A DNA stretch of 64,000 bases. It comes from an uncultured Bacillales bacterium (lineage in GTDB: Bacteria > Bacillota_I > Bacilli_A > RFN20 > CAG-288). The notes under the pieces were generated by a model that saw only the letters and a list, made by a program, of their open reading frames with translations, was not told where the DNA came from and did not search any database. Position 1 is the first letter of the stretch, and each line of letters starts with the position of its first letter. Shown in pieces: positions 55,810 to 64,000 of this stretch. The DNA lies in contig CALBLI010000049.1 of the NCBI GenBank assembly GCA_937896065.1, positions 449-64,448 of the forward strand. Direction: 5' to 3'. The position numbers and the translations under genes were made by a program.

Positions 55810-57750
55810 GTGATGATAAATTTTAAAAATGTTAGTTTTTCATATGATAACAATTTGATTTTAAATGATATTTCTTTTACATTTCCAAATTCTGGCCTTG
55901 TTATCATATTAGGTAAATCTGGATCTGGTAAATCCACATTACTTTCCCTTTTAAATGGAACTCTTTTAAACCAAAAAGGGAAGATAGAAATTGATGGAAA
56001 GATTTCTACTATTTTTCAAGATTCGCTTCTTTTAGATTATCTTTCAGTTGTTGAAAACGTCATGCTCCCTTTGCTTATCAAGAATTTTAAATATGAAAAA
56101 GCATTAGAGACTGCAAAAGAGGCTTTAAATAAAGTCAATTTTCAAATTGATTTCAATAAATCACCTATGTTTTTATCTGGTGGAGAAAAGATGAAGGTTT
56201 CAATTGCTAGAGCACTTGTAACCTCTTCTGATATATTAATATTAGATGAACCGACAGGACAACTTGATGATAAAAATTCACAAATTCTATATGATTTATT
56301 TAAAAAGCTTTCGAAAGACAAACTCTTAATTTTAGTTACACATGATGAAGTTAATGCTTTAAAGCTTGCCGATAGACTTTATATCTTGGAAGATAAAAAA
56401 CTTAAATTAATCGCTGATAAAATTAAAAATGCCGAAAATAAATCAAAAATCACAAATAAATTGAATGATAAAAAAGTATCAATTAAATTTTTAGAAGCAA
56501 TTAGAATAACGATCAAATTTTTAAAATCAAAAATGACAAGAGTATTTCTTTCAGCATTCTTTTTATCGCTGACTTTGACATTTTTATATCTAGGTTTAAA
56601 TCTTAATTTTTCAATTACTAATTTGACTAAAAATATAAACGATACTTTCTTTGCAAGTAATCATTATAAGGTCCAATATAAAAAAACAATAGCAAAAGAA
56701 AATAAAATATCTTTAGATAAATATATCATTCCTGATATTGAAATTTTGTCCAACTTAAATATCGATAATTATTACTATTCACTATCATATTTTATCCCGG
56801 AATATTATTCTCTTACTATCAATCAAATTGAATCAACTGTGACTTTTTTACCGATTGTTGATGATAATTATGATGATAATAAAATAATAATTAATTCTTC
56901 ATTTTTAAAAAAGTTCAATCTTGATATTAATAATAAATCAAATTTAAAAATTGATATAAATCGTAATATATCAATAAATAGTTCTCTTTTTTTAAATTTT
57001 GATAATATTGACTTTAATATCACCTTCCAAATAAGTGATGTTATAAGTGAAATTGAATTATTAAACACGCCGACTATTTACTATAGTTACAATTATGTTT
57101 CAAATTATTTATCAAATATTAGATTAGATAATATATCCAAAGAATTAAATCATGATGTTTATATGTCAACTTTGCTTGAAGACAAATTATATAATCAAGA
57201 CGTTTTCAAAAGCAATGAATTATATTTTGTAAATGATGATATTGACAACATATTAAAAAAAGCTGAGTCTATTTATAAAGATAAAGTGATCATCTCTTCT
57301 AAAAAAATCTCTTTTGATGAAACTTTTAATTCCATATTTACTTCAATGAAGGATGTCTTTTTACTTTTTTTAAGCTTAACTATTTTAACAGCATCTATAT
57401 TTGAAACTCTATGTGTATATTCTCTTTATGATGAAAATATTAGATTATTTGCATTAATAAAAGTTGAATCTAAAAATAAAATAAATAGTTTTAAATTATT
57501 TTTAGCAAATGCTTTTACCTTTTTTTTGATTGCTTTTGTTATCACTTCTTTATTTTCATTTATTGCAAATGTGATATTAAATATTATTTTGCAAAAAAAT
57601 AATTTATCATTATTTACTCTATCATTTAATTTCAAAGCTTTATTGATAACAAGTATATTAATTTTATTCTTATCAATTCTATCTTCTTTTATTCCTTTAA
57701 AAAGAATTAATGATAAAAGGATCAAAGATGAACTTCAAGGAGAAGAATAA
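55810..57750 (+). CDS. MacB-type fused ABC transporter (N-terminal ATPase + FtsX-like 4-TM permease, ~240-aa extracytoplasmic domain)
   Basis: Walker A GKSGSGKST, signature LSGGEKMK, Walker B ILILDEP and H-loop VTHD. TM1 is at ~aa 245 and three more TMs lie at ~aa 520-632. Confidence 0.7.
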   Translation: MMINFKNVSFSYDNNLILNDISFTFPNSGLVIILGKSGSGKSTLLSLLNGTLLNQKGKIEIDGKISTIFQDSLLLDYLSVVENVMLPLLIKNFKYEKALETAKEALNKVNFQIDFNKSPMFLSGGEKMKVSIARALVTSSDILILDEPTGQLDDKNSQILYDLFKKLSKDKLLILVTHDEVNALKLADRLYILEDKKLKLIADKIKNAENKSKITNKLNDKKVSIKFLEAIRITIKFLKSKMTRVFLSAFFLSLTLTFLYLGLNLNFSITNLTKNINDTFFASNHYKVQYKKTIAKENKISLDKYIIPDIEILSNLNIDNYYYSLSYFIPEYYSLTINQIESTVTFLPIVDDNYDDNKIIINSSFLKKFNLDINNKSNLKIDINRNISINSSLFLNFDNIDFNITFQISDVISEIELLNTPTIYYSYNYVSNYLSNIRLDNISKELNHDVYMSTLLEDKLYNQDVFKSNELYFVNDDIDNILKKAESIYKDKVIISSKKISFDETFNSIFTSMKDVFLLFLSLTILTASIFETLCVYSLYDENIRLFALIKVESKNKINSFKLFLANAFTFFLIAFVITSLFSFIANVILNIILQKNNLSLFTLSFNFKALLITSILILFLSILSSFIPLKRINDKRIKDELQGEE

Positions 57751-60567
57751 ATGATAAAAATAGAAAAACTATCTAAAAAATATAGTCAAAACGTTGAATA
57801 TATTTTAAACGACATTTCCTATGAATTTAATGACACTGGTTTATATTTTATAACTGGAAAAAGTGGTTCAGGTAAAACAACTTTATTATCACTTATTGCA
57901 ACTATGGACTATGAGTATGAAGGAAGTATAAAAGTTGATAATAAAGAACTAAGAATATTAACTGAAAAAGAAAAAGAAATATACCGATTTGAATATATTT
58001 CGTTTTCTTTCCAAGATTATAAAAATGATGAAAATGAAAGTGTTTATTCTAATTTAAAAAAAGTTTTATATATCACATCATTAACTGCAAAAGAAGCCGA
58101 TGACAAAATAGATTTTTATTTAAAAAAAATTAATCTGTTAGATAAAAAATATTTTAAATTTAAAAAATTATCAGGTGGTGAAAAGAAAAGAATCGCTTTA
58201 GTTAGAGCACTTATAAAAGATTCAAAAATATTATTAGCTGATGAACCTCTGGCAGGTTTAAATAAAGAATATCGTCAAATGGTAACTAGTATTTTAATTG
58301 AAGAGAGCAAAAGAAGACTTGTAATTGTTATAACTCATGAAAAAAATGAAATACCTAATAATTCAACTGTCTTAAATTTGCTGAATGGAAAATTGAATGA
58401 AGTTATTACATATCATACCATTAATAATTTAAATCAGTCGCAAATTGTCAGATCTAAATTAACGTTAAAAAAACTATTTGCAAATTCATTCTCCATTATC
58501 AAATCATCAAATAAACTTTTTTCACTATCTTATTTTGCAATACTTATTGCTTTCTTTTCAATATCAATTTCATTTCTTCTTTCAACTTCAATTAAAAATT
58601 CAATTGCTGATTCATTAGGCAAGTATATGGATAATAATTCACTTGTTATTACTAATAAAAATAGTGAATATTTTACAAACGATGGTAAAAATGTTTCTTA
58701 CTTAGAAGCACATAATATAGCATCTGAATATAGTGATTATGTAGAAAATGTATATACAAATTTTATCACTGATTTAGATGATATATTTTCCGATAATCAA
58801 GCAATTACAATTGATTATCAAAATTCCCACTACCCAGTTGAATCATTATCTTTAAATGATTTTCTTACTTACTCTACATGTAGTGAAGAAAATTTAGATG
58901 GTGTTGAATATAGAACCTCAAATAATGATGAAATTATTTTAGCTTTAAAAGAGAATGATATTCTAATTCTAGGTAGAACAATTATTGGATATAATTACTT
59001 TTTTGCAAGCGATGCACTTATTGATTTAAATTCTTTTTTAAAAGAATCAAACATAAGCTTAAATGTTAAGATGAGCATCAATGATTGGAAATATGATAAT
59101 GAGTATTCATTTAAAATAATTGCTTTTACAATAAGCGATCATCCAAAAATTATCAATTCTTCATCAACGTTTAGTGAATACTTTGTTACTAACATTCTCC
59201 ATTTTGAAAGTAAGCATATCGATGAAAAAGAAGATGATGACAAAGCTTATACACTATATAAAATATATGGACTTAGATTATACAACGATAAAAGAGCCTT
59301 ATTTTTTAAAAGCATGTTAGAAGATAAAGACTATTCCACCTATTTATTTAAAATTGATGACTCTAAGCCTCATTATATAAAAAATAATAAAAAGACATTC
59401 AATAGAATCAAGATTTTTAAAGATTTCTTTGATAATATCAACTATAATTCAATCACTTCTTTTGTAAGTGACTATAGTGAATATATAACTGGTATATCTT
59501 TCTCATCATCAATTTATACTTATACTGCTAATAGTTATTTATCTGGCTTTCGTAAACCTTTCTTTTTTTCAAATAATAAGGCTAAGCTAAATGAAATCGA
59601 AGATAATTATGTTTATAGTGAGGAAAATTTAGAAGATTTTCAAGCTTCTAATTTTAAAGTTGATGATGACGTCATCAAGTCAGATTTGATATCTTCTAGT
59701 CAACTATCATCAATTTCTTTTAAGTCATTAAATCATAAAAATATTAACTTGCTTGAAGGAGATATACCTAGTGATTATGATTCAATTTTGATTTCAAAAG
59801 GTTTAAAAGATAAACTTTATAAAAATAGCTCTATTATATCTGAAAAATTAAATATTTTATCTTTAGATAAATCGATTAAAAGTGGCAGCAAATATGAGAA
59901 TATTTTTTCACAATCATCATTAAAAATCAGTGGTGTAGTAGCTGATGATACATTAGCTATTTATCATGATTATTTTTTTCCATTAATTTATTCATTTACG
60001 TCAACTTGCATTGATAGTGAATTATTATTTATTAGCGATGCAATTATAAATTTTAATCTAGAACATACAAGTTATAGTGAAATTATCAAAGTTGTTTCAT
60101 CATATGATGACAATTTTAAATGTTCATTTCCAATGTTAGACATGAATGTTGAGATAAGTAAGACAATAAAAAGATTATCGATGCTTTTTTTGTCATTTTC
60201 ACTGGTCTCGTTTATTTCATCAAGTTTTTTGATGTTCATTAATTTCTATATCGTTATAAAGAGAAACAAAAAGCAAATCGGCATATTTTTAACTATAGGT
60301 TATAGTAAAAACGAAATAATTATCATTTATTTATTATCAATAACACTACTTATCTTATCTGCTTATTTATCATCTATCTTGATGTCGTTTTTAACTGAAA
60401 AGATTTTAGCAGAAACATTGACTAGTATATTAAATAGCTACGTATCGAATATTTTGCCGTATCTAATTCCACTAATTCTCTCAATCATTCAATCCTTAAT
60501 TGTATATATATTTGTTAAAAAGCATCTAAAAGGCACATCGCCACTTGATAGTTTTAAAAACAAATAA
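57751..60567 (+). CDS. MacB-type fused ABC transporter (ATPase + FtsX-like permease, ~530-aa extracytoplasmic domain)
   Basis: Walker A GKSGSGKTT, signature LSGGEKKR, Walker B LLADEP and H-loop ITHE. TM1 is at ~aa 255-280 and three TMs lie at ~aa 812-922. The ATG directly abuts the previous TAA. Confidence 0.7.
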   Translation: MIKIEKLSKKYSQNVEYILNDISYEFNDTGLYFITGKSGSGKTTLLSLIATMDYEYEGSIKVDNKELRILTEKEKEIYRFEYISFSFQDYKNDENESVYSNLKKVLYITSLTAKEADDKIDFYLKKINLLDKKYFKFKKLSGGEKKRIALVRALIKDSKILLADEPLAGLNKEYRQMVTSILIEESKRRLVIVITHEKNEIPNNSTVLNLLNGKLNEVITYHTINNLNQSQIVRSKLTLKKLFANSFSIIKSSNKLFSLSYFAILIAFFSISISFLLSTSIKNSIADSLGKYMDNNSLVITNKNSEYFTNDGKNVSYLEAHNIASEYSDYVENVYTNFITDLDDIFSDNQAITIDYQNSHYPVESLSLNDFLTYSTCSEENLDGVEYRTSNNDEIILALKENDILILGRTIIGYNYFFASDALIDLNSFLKESNISLNVKMSINDWKYDNEYSFKIIAFTISDHPKIINSSSTFSEYFVTNILHFESKHIDEKEDDDKAYTLYKIYGLRLYNDKRALFFKSMLEDKDYSTYLFKIDDSKPHYIKNNKKTFNRIKIFKDFFDNINYNSITSFVSDYSEYITGISFSSSIYTYTANSYLSGFRKPFFFSNNKAKLNEIEDNYVYSEENLEDFQASNFKVDDDVIKSDLISSSQLSSISFKSLNHKNINLLEGDIPSDYDSILISKGLKDKLYKNSSIISEKLNILSLDKSIKSGSKYENIFSQSSLKISGVVADDTLAIYHDYFFPLIYSFTSTCIDSELLFISDAIINFNLEHTSYSEIIKVVSSYDDNFKCSFPMLDMNVEISKTIKRLSMLFLSFSLVSFISSSFLMFINFYIVIKRNKKQIGIFLTIGYSKNEIIIIYLLSITLLILSAYLSSILMSFLTEKILAETLTSILNSYVSNILPYLIPLILSIIQSLIVYIFVKKHLKGTSPLDSFKNK

Positions 60568-60599
60568 AAAAGACTTCTATTTCGTAGAAGCCTTTTTTT
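60566..60599. terminator. Bidirectional terminator between the ABC operon and cspA
   Basis: agacttcta (60571-60579) pairs with tagaagcct (60585-60593) with 1 mismatch. It is flanked by an A6 run and a T7 run. Confidence 0.7.
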
Positions 60600-60600
60600 A

Positions 60601-60804
60601 TTAATCTGCAACAATATTGATATTGGTAGCACGAAGACCGCGTTCGCCTTCTTCTTCATCGAATTCAACTTTTTGGCCGACAGATGCTGTCTTAAATCCT
60701 TCGACATTTAATGAAGAATAGTGGAAGAAGTAATCTTTACCATTTTCACCTGTGATGAATCCGTAGCCCTTTTCTTTGTTGAAGTTTTTTACTTGACCTT
60801 TCAT
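60601..60804 (-). CDS. cspA: Cold-shock protein (CspA family)
   Basis: MKGQVKNFNKEKGYGFI (RNP1) and DYFFHYS (RNP2); 67 aa. Confidence 0.9.
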   Translation of the reverse strand: MKGQVKNFNKEKGYGFITGENGKDYFFHYSSLNVEGFKTASVGQKVEFDEEEGERGLRATNINIVAD

Positions 60805-60885
60805 TAAAATATTTTATCCTTTCAAACGCTATGCGTTTTAAAACCTCAAATAATATACCACTATTTGCATTAAATGTATAACTTT

Positions 60886-62586
60886 TTATTTAGCATCTTT
60901 AAAACATGTTCCACCAATAAACTCACGCATCAAAGAATTGCATGGAACAAATTTATCATCCATTGGTAAGAAATATTTCACAACTTGTTTCAACTCTGAA
61001 GCAAGGGTGTACTCTTTATCATCGCTTGAAATCTCATCTAAAAGAGGTAAAACAACATTTCTTAAGGCACATGGTTCATAAAAATAAAATGAATCAAAAA
61101 CATAATCAGCATTTTCTTGGGTTGGATATATGTATAAAAATTCACCATTTCTAACATTTGACCACATGTTGATTGTTTCTTTAGCAGCTGTTCCTCTAGT
61201 TCTAGAATCTCTAGCTATTCTTCTTAAAAGTCTAAGATTAGACATCGATAATGGTGTATGATTATCAATATTCACTTGTGGTTGTGGTGAAATATAAATT
61301 TTATATTTACTATATTCTGGAATCGAGCTTGTCAAATTTGAATTGAGAGCATGAATTCCTTCAATGATAATTATTTGATCACCATCAGTTGTAAAAGTAG
61401 GGCCGAATTTTCTTAAATTAGTTTTGAAATCATATGTTGGAAGTGAGGTTTCATAACCAAAGATCATCTTTAATAATGTCTCATTAAAAAGTTCAACATC
61501 GATTGCTTCTAAGCTTTCAATATCAGTTCCAGGTTTCATCTTATCTTTTGGAATATAAAAATTATCAATAGAAATTCTCATAGTCTTCTTACCAAGTGAC
61601 ATCAGTTCATACATGAGTCTATTTGCAAAAGAAGTTTTGCCACTAGATGAAGGCCCAGCTATACATATTAGTTTTATTTCCTTTGGTGAATTTATTATCT
61701 CGTTTGTCACTTCAACTAGTTGCCTATTTATTCTTGATTCAGAGATTGATATTAATCCAACGTCTTCGTTTTTCTTTAAAAAATTATTTATGCCAACTGC
61801 TGTGTCAATGCAATTTTGTTCAGCAAACTTTGAATTAGAAGACAAGGCTTCAGCAAACTTTGTTTCATCGACAAAATCAGGTATCTTACCATTAAAATCA
61901 GAACGGGGAGTTGAAAGAATAAAACCTGGCCCATATGGATACATTTCATAATCTTTCAAGTAACCAGCAGACGGAACAAGTTCCGCATATAAATAATCAT
62001 AATATGGTTCACTTATACCAGGGCAAACTGTTTTATATAAATGAACATAATTTTCTTTACGATATTTTAAAACTTGAATCTTATCTAAATTTTGCTGCTT
62101 TTTATAAATATCAAGAGCTTCTTTTTTAGTGAACTTAACACGTGTAAATTTAATATCTTCACTTATAAATTCGTCCATTTTATTTTTAATTTTTTCAATA
62201 ATAGCACGTGAGAAATTGATTTGATTTTTGGATATGAGCTTACCATATATACTTCTTGATACATAGTAATAATATCTGACATCAGTTTTTTCAGATAATG
62301 CCATTTTAATAGCTAGAGTAGCTAAATATCTAAGTGAAGCTTCATAAATTTTGCAAGCTTCTTGGTTTTTTAAATCTAAAAATTCAATATTGTGTTTCCC
62401 ATTTTCTTTAAATATATAATTTAAACTTTTGACTATTCCATCAACTTTAGCACAAAAGTATTTTTTCTGTTCTTTTTTATCAAGCAAATCTAAAATTTTT
62501 TGTCCTTGTTTTATATTAATTTGTTTTAAATTCATATTAGCCTCCGTTTTTTTGGTAGAATAATTATAGTATAAAAGCTCTTTCAT
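60886..62586 (-). CDS. Uridine-kinase-like P-loop kinase fused to a TGS/ThrRS-like N-terminal region
   Basis: The C-terminal half has the P-loop IAGPSSSGKTSFANRL and a PRK/uridine-kinase-like core (IIIIEGIHALN, RLLRRIARDSRTRG). The ~290-aa N-terminal extension was recognised only loosely. Confidence 0.65.
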   Translation of the reverse strand: MKELLYYNYSTKKTEANMNLKQINIKQGQKILDLLDKKEQKKYFCAKVDGIVKSLNYIFKENGKHNIEFLDLKNQEACKIYEASLRYLATLAIKMALSEKTDVRYYYYVSRSIYGKLISKNQINFSRAIIEKIKNKMDEFISEDIKFTRVKFTKKEALDIYKKQQNLDKIQVLKYRKENYVHLYKTVCPGISEPYYDYLYAELVPSAGYLKDYEMYPYGPGFILSTPRSDFNGKIPDFVDETKFAEALSSNSKFAEQNCIDTAVGINNFLKKNEDVGLISISESRINRQLVEVTNEIINSPKEIKLICIAGPSSSGKTSFANRLMYELMSLGKKTMRISIDNFYIPKDKMKPGTDIESLEAIDVELFNETLLKMIFGYETSLPTYDFKTNLRKFGPTFTTDGDQIIIIEGIHALNSNLTSSIPEYSKYKIYISPQPQVNIDNHTPLSMSNLRLLRRIARDSRTRGTAAKETINMWSNVRNGEFLYIYPTQENADYVFDSFYFYEPCALRNVVLPLLDEISSDDKEYTLASELKQVVKYFLPMDDKFVPCNSLMREFIGGTCFKDAK

Positions 62587-62676
62587 TTAAATGAATTAAA
62601 AATAATAACTCTTTATCTTTTTTCTTGTTATAATTATTAGGCTATTAATTTTTATTACATTTGGAGGTTTACTATA

Positions 62677-63138
62677 ATGAGTGATGAACTAATTACTAAA
62701 AAAGGTTTAGAGGAAAAAAAGCTTAGATTAAAAGAGCTTCAAGAAGTCATTAAACCACAAGCTTTAAATGAATTAAATCTTGCTAGATCACAAGGTGATT
62801 TATCTGAAAATGCTGATTATGATGCTGCAATTAAAAAGACACAAGAGATTGAAAATGAAATCAATTCTATTCAATACATAATTGATCATGCTAAGATTGT
62901 TGAAGAACCTGTTGACGCTACTGCTGTTAGAATTGGTTCAAAAATTAAAATACAAAATATGTCTAACAAGAAAACATATGAGGTAACAATTGTTGGTTCA
63001 AGCCAAGCTAAGCCTCTTGAAAATGAAATTTCAAACAAATCACCAATTGCTCAAGCAGTTTTAGGCAAGCAAGTCGGTGATGTTGTTGAAATCAATGCAA
63101 AGATCCCTTATAAAGCTAAAATTCTTGAAATTGCTTAA
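62677..63138 (+). CDS. greA: Transcription elongation factor GreA
   Basis: ARSQGDLSENADYDAA in the coiled-coil tip, and C-terminal SNKSPIAQAVLGKQVGDVVE. Confidence 0.9.
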   Translation: MSDELITKKGLEEKKLRLKELQEVIKPQALNELNLARSQGDLSENADYDAAIKKTQEIENEINSIQYIIDHAKIVEEPVDATAVRIGSKIKIQNMSNKKTYEVTIVGSSQAKPLENEISNKSPIAQAVLGKQVGDVVEINAKIPYKAKILEIA

Positions 63139-63206
63139 TTGTTAATAATTTATTTTTAAAAAAATACCTTCTAGACTATACATTTAGTACACGGAGGTAT
63201 TTTTTT

Positions 63207-63746
63207 ATGGTCAAGTTAGTTGTTATAGGCATCATCATTACTGTCGTTTCCATCGCTACTTTTATTTCACTAGATAAAAAGAATAGTTCAAACAGTATTA
63301 TAAATGGGCAACCAACATCATTAGTTGTTGGTGAATCAGAAAGTAAAGTTAATATATCTGGGGAAGTCAATCATCCTGGTGATTATGTTATTGCTACTGA
63401 TAAAACACTTGGTGATTTGATTTATTTAGCAGGTGGAGTAACTGCTAAGGCTGATTCTAAAGCCTATAATTCATCTATTTTAATTTCAACAAGAACTGAA
63501 TTTTATATTGCACCAAGCAGTGAAAATTCTTCTTCATGTGCAGTTGTTGATATAAGCAAAGTCAATATTAATACAGCTGATGAGCAAAGCCTAATTTCAA
63601 TTGGTTTTAATGCATCACAAGCTGCTAATATTGTTTCTTATAGATCAAGCAATGGTCAATTTGAAGCAATTGAAGATATATTAGAAGTGAAAGGCATTGG
63701 TAAGTCAACATATGCTAAAGTAAGAACTAAAATAACCATCTCTTAA
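63207..63746 (+). CDS. comEA: ComEA DNA receptor (TM anchor + SLBB-like + helix-hairpin-helix)
   Basis: N-terminal TM helix, GEVNHPGDY, and C-terminal VNINTADEQSL...LEVKGIGKSTYAKV (HhH). Confidence 0.8.
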   Translation: MVKLVVIGIIITVVSIATFISLDKKNSSNSIINGQPTSLVVGESESKVNISGEVNHPGDYVIATDKTLGDLIYLAGGVTAKADSKAYNSSILISTRTEFYIAPSSENSSSCAVVDISKVNINTADEQSLISIGFNASQAANIVSYRSSNGQFEAIEDILEVKGIGKSTYAKVRTKITIS

Positions 63747-64000
63747 TGTATCACATATTCTTTGCATTCATCTTCTTTTTAATTGGTTTATTATCTTCGA
63801 TATTTTCTTACTATATTCTTTCAATACTTCTACCTTTAATATTATTTTTAAATCTGTATAAAAAACAAAATATCAAAACAATAGTTTTTTATATTTCATT
63901 TACAATACTAGCAATTGTTTTAATTTTTATTTATCCAAAAGGTGATAATAGTGCAACAAATTTAACGGGAATAATAGTTGAAAAAAGCAATAGTGCTTAT
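63746..64000 (+). CDS. comEC: ComEC/Rec2-like competence channel, N-terminal fragment (runs off the window)
   Basis: The open frame from ATG 63746 overlaps the comEA stop (TAATG). It encodes a strongly hydrophobic 85 aa. The call rests mainly on the conserved comEA-comEC order. Confidence 0.5.
   Translation, partial: MYHIFFAFIFFLIGLLSSIFSYYILSILLPLILFLNLYKKQNIKTIVFYISFTILAIVLIFIYPKGDNSATNLTGIIVEKSNSAY

Noticed and set aside
1-64000. Scanned for CRISPR arrays, rRNA operons, transposases or IS ends, restriction-modification systems, toxin-antitoxin pairs and known defence-system hallmarks.
   Set aside because: I saw no regularly spaced direct repeats, no cas-like, transposase, integrase or methyltransferase/endonuclease motifs, and no small adjacent TA-like gene pairs.

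Overview
This is a very AT-rich chromosomal window from a Firmicutes/Mollicutes-type bacterium. TGA is read as stop: many ORFs end in TGA and Trp is TGG, so the code is the standard code 11, not the Mycoplasma code. Gene content and Bacillus-like synteny suggest an Acholeplasma-/RF39-like reduced lineage, possibly gut-associated, but that is inference only. I call about 55 CDSs, 3 tRNAs (Pro-CGG, Gln-CUG, Ser-GGA) and several rho-independent terminators. I saw no rRNA, CRISPR array, transposase, integrase, phage or recognisable defence genes.

Most of the window is core housekeeping arranged in tightly packed, often translationally coupled operons:
- comFA / comFC
- gdpP-rplI-dnaB-walJ-like-rlmH
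- upp, asnA, recU
- rny-ymdB-spoVS-miaB-ymcA-like-mutS-mutL-miaA
- fhs, cspA, greA, comEA-comEC

Five parts are not explained by known families and are the best candidates for something new:
1. A 1730-aa, internally duplicated, repeat-rich membrane protein (1543-6735).
2. A five-gene coupled operon in which rluD is followed by two unknown membrane proteins, an unknown soluble protein and a phosphohexomutase-fold protein with all four catalytic motifs degenerate (35182-39984).
3. A single ORF fusing MiaA to a TcdA/ThiF-type domain (52628-54184).
4. Two abutting MacB-type fused ABC transporters with very large unassignable extracytoplasmic domains (55810-60567).
5. A ~0.5-kb ORF-free, repeat- and hairpin-containing segment directly 3' of tRNA-Ser (40245-40724).

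None of these could be confirmed without database or structure searches. All functional calls rest on motifs and by-eye alignment to family members recalled from memory.
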